From positions 31,560,001-31,624,000 of the forward strand of contig NC_058368.1 in NCBI RefSeq assembly GCF_018350175.1: a stretch of 64,000 bases of DNA, written 5' to 3'. Positions 37,600 to 49,800 of the stretch are shown one piece after another. A model generated the notes under the pieces. That model searched no databases, was not told the origin of the DNA, and saw only the letters and a list, made by a program, of their open reading frames with translations. The translations under genes were made by a program, and so were the position numbers. This DNA is from Felis catus (Eukaryota). Numbering within the stretch: the first letter of the stretch is position 1; every line of letters begins with the position of its first letter.

Positions 37600-38420
37600 G
37601 ATGCCTGCATAGTTTCAAATTATCTACTCTAGTACTATGAAATTTGTTTGATATTCTGAGTGAGAATCTATAAATTTATAATTTTGGATAACTGTAATCT
37701 TCATAATTTTAAATAATATCATTCATGAACATGGTATGTTTTTCCAGTTTTTAAAATCTTTTATTTGCTTTAGCATAATTTTATTTATAAAAGCCTTATA
37801 CATCATTTAGTAGCTTGGTTTGTTTATACCTTGTCATTTTAGGTTTTTAGGAGATATTTAAAACATTTTAATTTTTCAAATTATGATTGTAAATTGTTCT
37901 GACTTTTGAATATTGATTTTATACTAAACAACCTAGCTGTTCACTATTTTATTTCTAATGATTTCTAGATTCTGTAAGGTTTATCTGTCCTGTATAATTA
38001 ATGACAATTTTGCTTTATTTTTCTAATTTTATATCATTGTATTTCAATTCCTGGATTTATTGAAATTGGCCAGGTTCTGTTATCCTTCCTAACCACACAC
38101 ACAGTCTGTGAAATTAAATAGAAATTATAGTGAGGATAATTCTATTCATGATTTTATTGAAAATATATCTAAAGTAAGTATAAATGTGATGCCGGGTTTA
38201 GATTTGTATGTATGGGCCATTCCCTTAATTAGTTAAAAAACATTTTTAGTCTAGTATGCAGATAAGAAGTTTTTATTTGATTACAAATGGATTTTAATAG
38301 GTTTTTTTTTCTGAATGTAGTGGTATAATTATAAACTATTCCCTTATATCTTTCAATTCACTAAATTAATGACTGTTTTAATATTTTAAAACCTTGAATT
38401 CTTTCAGTAGAGCTTTCTTG
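37600..38420 (-). mobile_element. Ancient L1 ORF2 relic
   Basis: T-rich; ATTCATGAACATGGTATGTTTTTCCA and GACTTTTGAATATTGATTTTATA resemble the antisense L1 RT region. Confidence 0.65.
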
Positions 38421-38989
38421 ATGATCATATGCAGAAATACATTGGTAAATAAACATGAACAAAATGTGAACATATTTGTAGATAATGTACAAAATATTCT
38501 ATATAATGTGGAATCTACTTTTATTCAAACACTTGTTATGACATAGGTTGAGTACTCAATATTTGGATTTAAACTTGAATATTATGTATTAACAGCTTAG
38601 GTCCTTTTCCTGAATGCTTCCAAAAAGGATGGAATTGGTTTTGTTTTTTTTCTTTATGTGAATATTATGGTAATTAGATTCAGATAAATTATAAATATGC
38701 AATTTAGTTATATTATGGAAGCAAGATTTTATGAATTATTGTTATCCATGAAATGTGCTCTCAGAATAAACTTTGACCAAATCCTAAATGCAACAGTGTA
38801 TGCTAGGACAGCAAAACCAATACAAAACATCATTACTACCCACACATTATCTAAAACATAAGGCTTGAATATAATCCATAAAATTGTAAGATAGTTTCCT
38901 TTGTTACGCTTATTTACATGGATTTTAACAGAAGTGTAATGGCTTTACTCATAATTTTTCTTTGAAAATCTCTAAACATGTAGCATAGA

Positions 38990-40030
38990 ATCTATAATGG
39001 AAAAGATGGTAAAGGCTATGACAAGAGCAGAGCAGAAAAGATTTTTCAATTCAAAATTTCAATAATTATTTAAAAAGATGTTCAACCTCTTTATTAATCA
39101 GGGAAAAGCAAATGAGTGATAACAATTTCATTGGTCATATTGGCAAATAAATTAAAGATTAATAACATCCAAGCTGGTGAGGGTAATCAAAACAGGCACT
39201 CCTATACATTGCTGATTGGGATAACAGCAACCTTTTGGGAAACTAACCTGGCAGAATTTAAAAGTGAAATATACATTCCATTAAACTCAACATTCTCACT
39301 TTGAAATAAAAATACGAAAGAAAAACGCCATCATATGTTATGCCCAGAATTCGTGATCCCCAAAGACCACTAGGGAGCCGAGTCCGATGCAAAAGCAAAG
39401 AGCCTTTATTCCAGCTAGCTCGAGCTCAATCCCCTACCTGCACCAACGCAGCGGTGAGATACCAGGGAAAGAGAGCGAGTTTCAAAAGGACAAAGGTTTT
39501 ATTGGGGCCTGGGGGCAGTTGGTGAGGTAATGGCTATGGCCTCAGCCGATTGGCTGGGGAAGGGTCCTGGGGAAGGGTCCGAGTCCTGTTAGGCAGGTGA
39601 GGGAGGGTTTACTCAAGGGGAGGAGGTGTGGTCAAGGTGAAGGACACAGAACAAGATGGAGTCGGCTGGCGTAGGCCTGCCCTTTCACATACAAAGATTT
39701 CCTGCAGAATTCCTTGAAGTGATAAAAAAAAATAAAAGCATCTTAAATACCCACCAATAGGGAAATGACTAAAAAACTTATGGCATATTTATAAATATTT
39801 GATATTTTACAGTCATTAAGAAAAAATAAATCTCTGTATAAATATAATTTTCTACTAAAGAAGCAAGAAGCAAAGTTATGTTTGTGTATGTAGGTTTCCC
39901 TCTGCTTACATGGACAAACAAAATTACTTGGAAAGATGTGCTTTATACAGGTAATAATTTTTCCTTGTGGAGTGAGCAAGGGGAATGGAGAGATGAGAGT
40001 GAGTGCTGAATTTTATTATGTACTTCTTTG
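38990..40030 (+). mobile_element. L1ME-like ORF2 end/3'UTR relic hosting the ERV1 LTR
   Basis: AAAAGATGTTCAACCTC..TAATCAGGGAAAAGCAAAT and CACTCCTATACATTGCTG; the sequence continues past the LTR. Confidence 0.75.
39336..39687 (-). mobile_element. Solo LTR of a class I (gammaretrovirus-like) felid ERV
   Basis: 352 bp, TG...CA termini (minus strand begins TGAAAG), perfect 4-bp TSD CATA (39332-39335 and 39688-39691). On the minus strand, in the correct order: CCAAT (about 39549-39553), TATA-like AATAAAA (39497-39503), poly(A) signal AATAAA (39405-39410). CpGs retained. Confidence 0.93.
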
Positions 40031-43000
40031 TGTCATCTATTCCAATGAGCATCTTATGCCTTTGTAGCTTGAAAGGACAATCCAATAGAGCATAATTCTG
40101 GATTTTGACTGAAATATGCATACAACTGACAAATATTATAGTTTACAGGCTTAGTTTCTTGTGGAAAAGAAAGAAAATTTTCTCTTACGTTTCACAATTA
40201 ATTGAGTATCAGTCCAATAGCTGATATTGAGCTACTAAGTTTTATGAAATCTTCAAAATTGCTAGGGAACCTTCAGAGGCAAATAATCCTTCCTTTAAGG
40301 GCATTTTAGCTATTTGGATGAGAGTTAACAGATTGTAGCTGTTGGAACATTGTGATCTAGTCTGAGTGATAAAGTGAAGCACTATAGTTCATGGCAATAA
40401 ATGCCACCTGCAGTGACTTTATCAGTCAACTAATATTAAGAACATATTCGAGGGCACAGTATCATTTCTCAGTACTTGACATACTGACACAAAATATTTT
40501 CTAATGTTTATTAGCACCATATCACTTGATAAAAAAGGTGGTTTTGTTGGTTTCAGAAGTGCTTTTTCCCAACAACTGCTGCCTTTGACAGTGTAGAACT
40601 TGAGATTTTGTAAAAGTATAAATATAAAACCTTTAACTTGAGTTGTATGCGTTTACTGTATATTCCGTAAGTATTTGTGGTCTTATAATTTAATGTAGTG
40701 AGAGGTATATGCATTAAAACATGATTTTATTGTTTCAAAAAAAAGATATAAATCAGAATATTTAAAATATACTAATTGCATAAAACTGACCATCCTGATC
40801 AGGTGTTAATAGTATCTATATTGTCACTGCTTAATAACGTTCCAAATTGTTCAATACTGAGAGGAAATATGTACAATCCTCATTAAATTAAAATAAATCC
40901 CATAGGACAAAAATAACAAATACTTTGAAAAAAGGTGTTATCAAACCTATCTGTGTGTTCAAAAGCTTGAATGTAAATACATGGTGGTAATGATATCTTG
41001 AAAGACTTTTGGATCCTCATCCAATTTGAATATTGACTTTAGAAAGTGCTTGCTTCCCAAAGTCCCTGTGCATAGGCTGATTTTTTACACCACACTTCTC
41101 TTATTACTAATTAACTCCTGTAATGTAACTTGTTAAATGTATGTTTTGCTAGGTTATAGCAGCTCTTCGTATAATATTTCTCTCAGGGCTTCTGATTCCT
41201 TCCTATTCCTTTACCTATTATTTCTCTTATACCTCTAGCTCTCTTCATTAACATTTGCAGCACAGCTAGCGTGAACCTCTATCATTGGCTGACCATGTTC
41301 ATTCTAATATGCTCTTGTGCCAGAGATAAAGATTTTACCCTACAATTTTCATTAATATAAATAATTTTTATTTACTTCCACCAATTTACCCTATTTTTCT
41401 ATTCTGTCAGTTGCATAATGAGTTTTGATTGTATTCCAGTTTCTTTGATTATTCATATATTCCCTACTTTTCCTGGAGAAGATATAACTTATATACTCTT
41501 CTTTATTTGTATTGCATACTTGTATTTTGTGAAATATGCTTAGGTAATAACTAATTTTATAGTTGGTGAGTATAAACTAAGTTCAGAGCACAAGAAAATA
41601 CTTAAATATATATTTGGGTTCAATTAATTGACCCCATTCTAGAATGACAGTTCAAATAAAGGGGAAGCCCTTAGTTAACAAAAATGTTAATATCCGTTTT
41701 CAGGTTTAAATGAAAAAGTGAAGAGTCCTAAAATATATATATGTACTGTGGTTGATCTCCCTAGAAGCTGTTGCCTGAGATTAGACCATAATTTATTTAG
41801 CATTATTTTTAAGATATCCTAATTGATACGCCAATTATTATTTATATATTAGATGAAACTCTACAAATAAAAGCCTAAAACTATTCTAGCAAGTCCATTA
41901 GGAATCTGTTTTTCTTTTCTAGTTATAAGATATATGCATTTCAGTTTAATCAATTTACAAATGCAGTTCTGAGGCTACAAAAATAAAATACAGCCTCTAG
42001 TCATTGCTCCTCAAAGAAAGAACCCCTCAGGGCAAACTGTCAGTTTACACTGCAGTGGAAAAAAAAAAGTTTCAGAAGTATCAGCCTCCAAGTAATAAGC
42101 ACATAAGAAACTATAATGTAAAACCCATATCAGAGAATTATCTTGATTTGTGTGAGTAGTGCAGATACTATTACCTTAGGGGATCTGAAGTACGATTGAA
42201 ACAGAAAATGCAAAGTCTCAAATAGTGCCTCACAATAGTTTGCAACAAAGAAGCCTCGCTCAAGAGGGTCATAAACTGACTTTAATGGGAATCAGTAATT
42301 CATCTATTGCATGTTGAAACATCTAATTGTTGTTTATGTTGATGTAATTGCCATGGTGAAAGAGGGGGAAAAAAGCCGAAACCACATTTTCAGAATATTA
42401 GACTTTTCAGAATTTAGAGTGTCTTATTACATTAAAGATGAATAATAAATCGGTTTGACTGGCTACTAAATCACTTTTTAAAATTTTGCATGATAAAATA
42501 TGCTTTGTATTAAGAGACAACAGAAAGAAAGAAAGAACGATGGCAAACGATGAATGGTGCTCTCTGGAAGGCTGATTACCACTGATAGGTCTCTCTTTAT
42601 CTTCTCTGATTTTCTTATTCATAATTTAGGTTCATTTAAAAACACTTGGTGTTATGTTATTGAATCAAAATTATGACTGTCCAAACCAGATTGCATGGAT
42701 GGGAAGGAGAGTAGGGAACGTGACAATAGAACATCAGCAAATTCCTTTTCTAAATCATAGTCAAAAACTCTCATTAAATGTGAACTTCAATATAATAATT
42801 AGATGAAGCCTACTGTAAGGATGGAAACCAGGAAAGGATGATATCCACAACAAAATTAATGTTTATACGATTGGATTTATACTCAATGATAAAAAGTAAA
42901 ACTCCCTCAGAGAGAAGTTCAGAACACAAAATCCTGTTGTGAAGTTTCAAGAAACTTAAGACAACATGACTTAAAAAAAATCACGACACAAAATGTTTAG

Positions 43001-43157
43001 TTTGTAGCCCCAGTGATTTTACATGAGTTATGGTGATCTTTCCTCAAGTAACAAAGCATGGTATTAAATAGGACAAAGTATGTAATGAGTACAAGAAAAA
43101 AATTAAAATAAGAAGACTTGAATAAATTATTCTGTCTTTAAAGAAAAAGTAATCTAA

Positions 43158-43158
<1 letters not shown>

Positions 43159-43196
<38 letters not shown>
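43159..43196. repeat. (TA)n microsatellite
   Basis: About 19 perfect TA units. Confidence 0.98.
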
Positions 43197-43199
<3 letters not shown>

Positions 43200-43461
43200 C
43201 TCTTAGAATTATATAATTAATTAAACTTTTGACATTAATAGATATGTAAAGTAACATATAGACATATAAAATGACTTACATAGCTAGATAAAATGTTTTA
43301 TAAAAAGTTTTGCATATAAATAGAGGATACAGTTTTTCCACAAATCAGTAAATTAGACTGCCATTACATTCCAAATTAATATGGAAACAGTATTTAAAGA
43401 CCACATTTCTTGAGTTGCATTGCAATAAACTAGAATTCAATAGTGAACACTTAATTATAAA

Positions 43462-43673
43462 TTTTTTAATGTTTATTCATTTTTGAGAGAGAGAGAGACA
43501 AGAGCACAAACAGGGGAGGGGACAGAGAGAGAGAGGGAGACACAGAATCCGAAGCAGGCTCCAGGCTCCAGCTGTCAGCACCAAGCCCTATGCTGGGCTC
43601 GAACTCATGAACCGTGAGACCATGACCTGAGCCAAAGTCAGACACGTAATCAACCAAGGCACCCAGACGCCCC
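43462..43673 (-). mobile_element. CanSINE (SINEC_Fc-like)
   Basis: Long TSD ATAGTGAACA(C/G)TTAATTATAAA. Confidence 0.95.
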
Positions 43674-44879
43674 TATAGTGAACAGTTAATTATAAATCAC
43701 CAAAAGTTACTGAGCAGTATGTGTAGCTAAGTAGATTAGTAGCCAGGGAAAATTCAAAATATTTTAATATATTTTCATCAAATAAACTTCAAAACTTTCT
43801 GACTTTCTTTTTAGTTAGATCTACCTCTTAATGAACAAATAATTTCCATCCATATATAGCTTGAAAATACTGTAAAAGCAAGTTAATTTTATGATAGGTT
43901 TAAAGTTCTAATATTAGTGGAGAGCAAAAAAAAAGACGGAAACTATACATCGGTCTTATTTGTCTGCAGATTTTGAGGCCAGGGCAGTGGGGGGCCACTG
44001 CAGCTTGAATACTCCTCCCATTAGGGAAATGCCCCTGGCTGCTATGTGGAGGATAATAGGAGTACAAGGTTGTTGTGTATGGAGCATGAGGAAGCTATTG
44101 AAGTCATAGTGTCTGGGAACAAGATGGTATCAGTAGAAGTCATAAATTGTGGTTGGGTACTTGATATATTTTGAAGACAAAACTAATTTTCTTCTTTGAA
44201 TGATTGGCTATGGAGAGTTAGAAACATAAGCGGCAAATGGCTTTCCTTGTTTTATAAAATAATATCTAAGACCTCACTTGCCTGGCCCAACTCAGCTCCT
44301 CTTCTCCTGGCTCGGCATATAACAACCCAGCTTCAGTCACTTTTCACTTCCAAGGGTGTACTCTTACATTATTCCCCCAATGAGGGTTTTTAGCGTATTT
44401 CTCAAATGTTTGTCTTCATTTCTCGTTCTGGCTGTTTTTGTTGTTGTGATTGTTGTTAAATCACTGTAGGTCTCAGCTTAGATGTGCTATCAAATAATGA
44501 CTTCCCAGAGCATCATATTAGAGTACACTCCCCACTTACTCTTCTTCACCTTTTACCAAAATCATTATTGCAGCATATTTTTTTATTCCTTCACAATGCT
44601 TTAAATTTTGGGGTCATTTATTTCTAGTTTTGATTTGTTACCTTATTTTGGCTGTCTCACCGAATTTCAGTAAGTTCCATGAAGGCAGGAACTAATTGTG
44701 AATTAAATTCTAGCGCATATTGGGTACCTGCTAAGGGCTTGGCCTATATTGGCCCTCAGAAAACATGTAAATAAATGAATAAACCCAAACAAAATTGGAC
44801 AAACTGAACATCTATTCTTAATTAATAAAAAAAGTTAATTAGTAATAGAGTACTGCATTACTGTAAGTGATAGAGAACC

Positions 44880-45450
44880 TTTAGCTAGGGAAAGTTTTTA
44901 AAAATATGAATAAATGGAAAGAATCAGCATGCCACTAATTGAGAAAACACTTTTTTTATAAAGAGTTCAATTCTTTCCCAGTTATTTAATAAATCAAGAC
45001 AAAATCAATTCAAGCTCACCATGGGATATTTTCACCCCAAACTTGACAAATGATTCTGAGGTTAGTGTGAAAAATAAATGAACAAGAATTTATATCAGAT
45101 AATGAGAAAAAAGAGTATCATCAAGAGGCTTGCCAGAGAATAAAATATAGTACAAAAACATAATAATTAAAGTGTGACCTACTGGAAAAAACAATAAAAA
45201 TAAATAGACCATATTAGATGCATGTATATAATAGACAAAGGAAACTAAAATTTCTAGCAAATTTTTAGTGAAAAGTTCCTGGATTAATGGTTCACCTAAG
45301 TGAAAATGAATGTAGTTGGATACCTACTTATACCAAATACTAAAGGAAATTCTGAATGGATCTGAGAGTGAAATATGAAATGACTCAATCATTCAATAAA
45401 TCAAATGAGATTATTAATATGATTTGTCAGTGGGAAGAACCTTCTGTGCT
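44880..45450 (+). mobile_element. Ancient L1 ORF2 relic
   Basis: TGAATAAATGGAAAGAATCAGCATG, AACTTGACAAATGATTCTGA and TTGGATACCTACTTATACC resemble L1 ORF2. Confidence 0.65.
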
Positions 45451-45466
45451 CAAGAAAGGAAATTAT

Positions 45467-45690
45467 GGGGCGCCTGGGTGGCTCAGTCAGTTAAGCGTCC
45501 GGCTTCGGCTCAGGTCATGATCTCGCGGTCCGTGAGTTCAAGCCCTGCGTCGGGCTCTGTGCTGACAGGTCAGAGCCTGGAGCCTGCTTCGGTTTCTGTG
45601 TCTCCCTCTCTCTCTGCCCCTCCCCTGCTCATGCTCTGCCTCTCTATGTCTCAAAAATAAATAAAAACATTAAAAAAAATTTAAGAAAAA
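45467..45690 (+). mobile_element. SINEC_Fc
   Basis: TSD AAGAAA(G/A)GAAATTATG. Confidence 0.97.
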
Positions 45691-45849
45691 AGAAAAGAAA
45701 TTATGTACACACATACTATATATACATAAATATATATTTGTAGTCAAATATATTTTAATTTCACTATTGGAACATTTGTGAGTCAGTGTCACGTATAATA
45801 TGCAAACAAGACAGTAAGCAATATAAATACATATGACAAAGGATTAATT

Positions 45850-46062
45850 AAAAAAAATGTTTGTTTAGTTTTTGAGAGACAGAGACATACACAGAGTGTG
45901 AGCTGGGGAGGGGCAGAGAGAGAGGGAGACACAGAATCAGAAGCAGGCTCCAGGCTCTGAGCTGTCAGCACAAAGCCTGACGCCAGGCTTGAACTCACAA
46001 ACTGTGAGATCATCACCTAAGCTGAAGTCGGACACCCAACCAACTGAGCCACCCAGGCACCC
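45850..46062 (-). mobile_element. CanSINE (SINEC_Fc-like)
   Basis: TSD TGACAAAGGATTAATT. Confidence 0.96.
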
Positions 46063-46382
46063 TGACAAAGGATTAATTTTTAAAGGATATGAATTTCTTT
46101 TAATTTGAAGAAGACAAACTCCTCAAAATAAAGATGGATAGGTAATATGTATAAATGATTCAGAAAATTAGATTTAATTGTCAAATGTCTACACTGAAAG
46201 CACAATACTTAACTAATAAGTAATAAATTAAAGGGAGATATTTCTTTCATACAAAAGGATAAAATCAAAGATAATGAAATTATACCATTAATGAGAAGAT
46301 ATCAAATTATTCTTTGTAATTACTGACATATAACCAAGCTGTCTTCATATCTGAACTACGACTGTATTGAAAATGAGTCACT

Positions 46383-46613
46383 GGGATGCCTGGGTGGCTC
46401 AGGCGGTTAAGCGTCCGACTTCAGCTCAGGTCACGATCTCGCAGTCCGTGGGTTTGAGCCCCGCGTTGGGCTCTGGGCTGATGGCCCAGAGCCTGGAGCC
46501 TGCTTCCGATTCTCTATCTCCCTCTCTCTCTGCCCCTCCTCCGTTCATGCTCTGTCTCTCTGTCTCAAAAATAAATAAACGTTAAAAAAAAAATTAAAAA
46601 AAAAAAGAAAAAA
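46383..46613 (+). mobile_element. SINEC_Fc
   Basis: TSD GAAAATGAGTCACTG. Confidence 0.97.
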
Positions 46614-46988
46614 GAAAATGAGTCACTGAGTGTTAAAGAAACATTTCTTAGGCTACTTAGTAAGGAGAAACATTAATAAGTAGAAACAAAGTTCTTTTAA
46701 CAACACAACCAAGTTCTTAATCACTATGTTTTATAATTGTAAAATGTTTATAATTTTTCCCTGAGAACTCTATTATAATACACCAAAATATTAAACACGC
46801 TTATATCAAGAGAGAAGAATAGTAATTGTTGAAAGATAGGCATGTATTTCATTATGTCTATAAAAATTTTAGGATGCAATTTTTGTATTTATTATTATCT
46901 AAGCATTATAAATATAATTGCCTTGAGAATAAAAAGTAGATCTTCCCATGTATGGTCTCTACTATGAGTATCTTGAATGGTAGCAATA

Positions 46989-47190
46989 GGGGCGCCTGGG
47001 TGGCATAGTCGGTTAAGCGTCCTACTGCAGCCAGGTCACGATCTCGCGGTCCGTGAGTTCGAGCCCTGCGTCAGGCTCTGGGCTGATGGCTCAGAGCCTG
47101 GAGCCTGTTTCCGATTCTGTGTCTCCCTCTCTCTCTGCCCCTCCCCCGTTCATGCTCTGTCTCTCTCTGTCCCAAAAATAAATAAACGTT
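46989..47190 (+). mobile_element. Young SINEC_Fc without a poly(A) tail
   Basis: Body ends AATAAACGTT and runs directly into the TSD GAATGGTAGCAATA. Confidence 0.96.
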
Positions 47191-48329
47191 GAATGGTAGC
47201 AATACAGGTTTTTAATTTTTGATCCTTTACAATGTTATTGTTTAAACATTTTTCCATAATGAGCATATAATACTTTAAGACCTATTTAAAGAAAACTGAT
47301 ACATTTGAAATTTTATGTTTAAATTTGCATTTGTAGAAGAATGTGTAGGAGTCACTAAATTTTTGAGTACCACGTGCCACAGCCCAAGATAACTCCTGTA
47401 CAGGTTTAAATTTTTAGGAGCTATTTAAATAATTTTGGCTGCACCACAGGCACAGGAGAAGGGCGAGGAGTAGCAGCAAGAGCTTCACAAAAGTATTTAT
47501 TGACCTTTACAAGAGCAGAGACACCATCAGGTGAGTGGAGATCTGGCAGCTTCTAAGCATTTGCATCCCTGAGAATTACACCAAGATTGTGAGGGTTCAT
47601 TATGATGATTTTGACAGCTGTGTGAACTGCAGGAATCTCTTCATCACCCCACCTTTCATGTTTTAGCCTCATTCTTCTCTTGACTCTTCTATGCATCTTT
47701 AAGCTTGGCACTTGAAACTTTGAACTGGTAAAGCTTATTTTATTTTTCCAACCTTATATCTTATGACTGCAGAAAAAGAAACTGCTACGAGAGAAATAAT
47801 CTATGATGCCCCAAATATTCTATAAAAACTTTGCCTTTTCTCCTCTTGCTCCTGACATTCTAACAGTTTTTCAGTCAAGGTGTAATCCTATATTTGTTCG
47901 TTATTTCCTTCTGATTTCGATAACCTTCATTTATTTGCCATTCTAAAATGAGTATAATGTAATCCAATATATAAAATATTTAATACAAGACTCAGGAAGG
48001 TTGAAAATATTGTGGAAATATTGTGAAAACTTGTGAAACAAGTGAAACTTGTGAAAATATTCTTTTAAATGTGCTGGCAAATCTCACATTCAATGCACAT
48101 AATAGCAAAAACAGGCAAATGAAATATATAGGCACTAATTACTGTTATACTCTTATGCCTCCTTGATTTCTGTTTATGTCTTTTCAATTACATTTCTCAG
48201 GAATGGTCTTTACCTGCTGCCATACACTTCTTATATGCACACTCAATGGGTTACTCCAAACTAGATCAATTTATTTCCCTCATTCTAATTACAGTCCTGG
48301 AAAAAGTTAAGAGGAGACAGCTTTTCTAA

Positions 48330-49800
48330 ACTTTCCATTTTATGATGTGTCAGTAGAACTGAATACAGTTGGCTACTCCTTCCGTCTTTAAACTCATTCT
48401 TTCTTTGGACTTGGTGATACTTCTTTTATTATGGTTATTTGCTGCCACATTCAAAGGATAATTGTCTTCTCCACAACCTCTAAGGTTGATCCTTATCAAC
48501 CTGGATTCTCTCACAAGGGAGTTTCTTCAAAACACACAACTATGGTTTTCACCTAGAGGTCAAAGATTTGCAATTTTATCTTCAGCTGAGATTTCTTCTG
48601 GGAGCTCAACATTTGTATTTCCACTGTTCTCTTGATCTCACCACTTTAATGCTTCAAAATCTCCCCAAACTAACAAGCCAAGAATTGAAATAATGATCGT
48701 CCTCATTTCTCCCCCAGAGCCATTTCTCTTCCAGTGTATCCTGTCATAATAAATGATGGCAGATGCTCTCATGTGAGCCAGAAAGCAAAGGGTTGTCCAT
48801 GAGGACAACTTTTCCTTCTTTTCCACATGTCTGTAAGCAACGCTGTCCTGCTAAGGTTTTCTTCTGATTGTATGTGGAATTCATTTTTCCCATCCCTAAT
48901 ATTATGTCCAAACCTGTTACTCTTGCTCATGCCCTATTGCAATAGCCTTCAGTTATTTGGTTGCTTCTATTCTGGCCTCAGCTACTGTACTCTTCTCTCT
49001 TAGATATAATGCTGTTTTCACAATGTCTTCTCCAGTCAGACCTGGTGATGATAGTTGTGCAGGTTGTGTTTTGAACAACTTTACAGGGAATCCTTCACTC
49101 ATTATTCTGGTTTACATAACTGTTTGACAACTTCCCAGCAGATGTCAGCAAAATGTTCTTGAGAAAGGGCCCCTTTTCCTAATTTATACAAAATCACCCT
49201 TTGGGCTAGTAGCTGCATGTGTGTCCCTCACTCTCTTGCTTAAAGCCATTCAATTTCTCTTCATTTATTGAGGATTAGGTGTAACATACTAAACATGCAT
49301 GCAGTGGAAAGTTTCACACATGACCCTACCTTGCTCTCCTACTTTAATTTGTACCACACTCTCTTCATTCTCTTCAGCTCAGTCATCTTGGCCTTTTCCA
49401 ACTCCATGAAACATTACCTGCTCTGCGGTCACCTTACTTTTTCCCCTTCGCTTTCTGCTCGTGGAGTGCTCTTCCCTCTCCCTTCACCTAGTTTACTTGT
49501 AATCTTTCCATCTCAGCTCTACTTTCAGTTCGCCGGGGGGAATATTCTCCCATCTTCTATTTAGGTCAAATTTCTCTGTTATGTCCTCTGATTGATCCAT
49601 GAAACTCCCTGCTCATAATATTTAGCACAGTTAAGGAAATTTCAAAATTTTGTATGGCTTTTTGATTAACATAATACATTCCTTTATAAACTGGAACATT
49701 CATAAGGGTTAGTGACCGTGTCAGTTTTGTACAATACTGTATCCCTAATTCTACCCAGTTCCTTAACCCAAGTAGTTTGGGCCTCAATAAATATGAAAAG
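48330..49800 (+). mobile_element. L2 relic
   Basis: CTCCTTCCGTCTTTAAACTCATTCTTTCTTTGGACTT...CTATTGCAATAGCCT...GGCCTCAATAAATAT. Confidence 0.75.
49037..49219. mobile_element. MER91-like hAT (Tip100) MITE nested in the L2
   Basis: ATAGTTGTGCAGGTTGTG at the left end and TTTTCCTAATTTATACAAA...TGGGCTAG at the right end resemble MER91. Confidence 0.65.
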
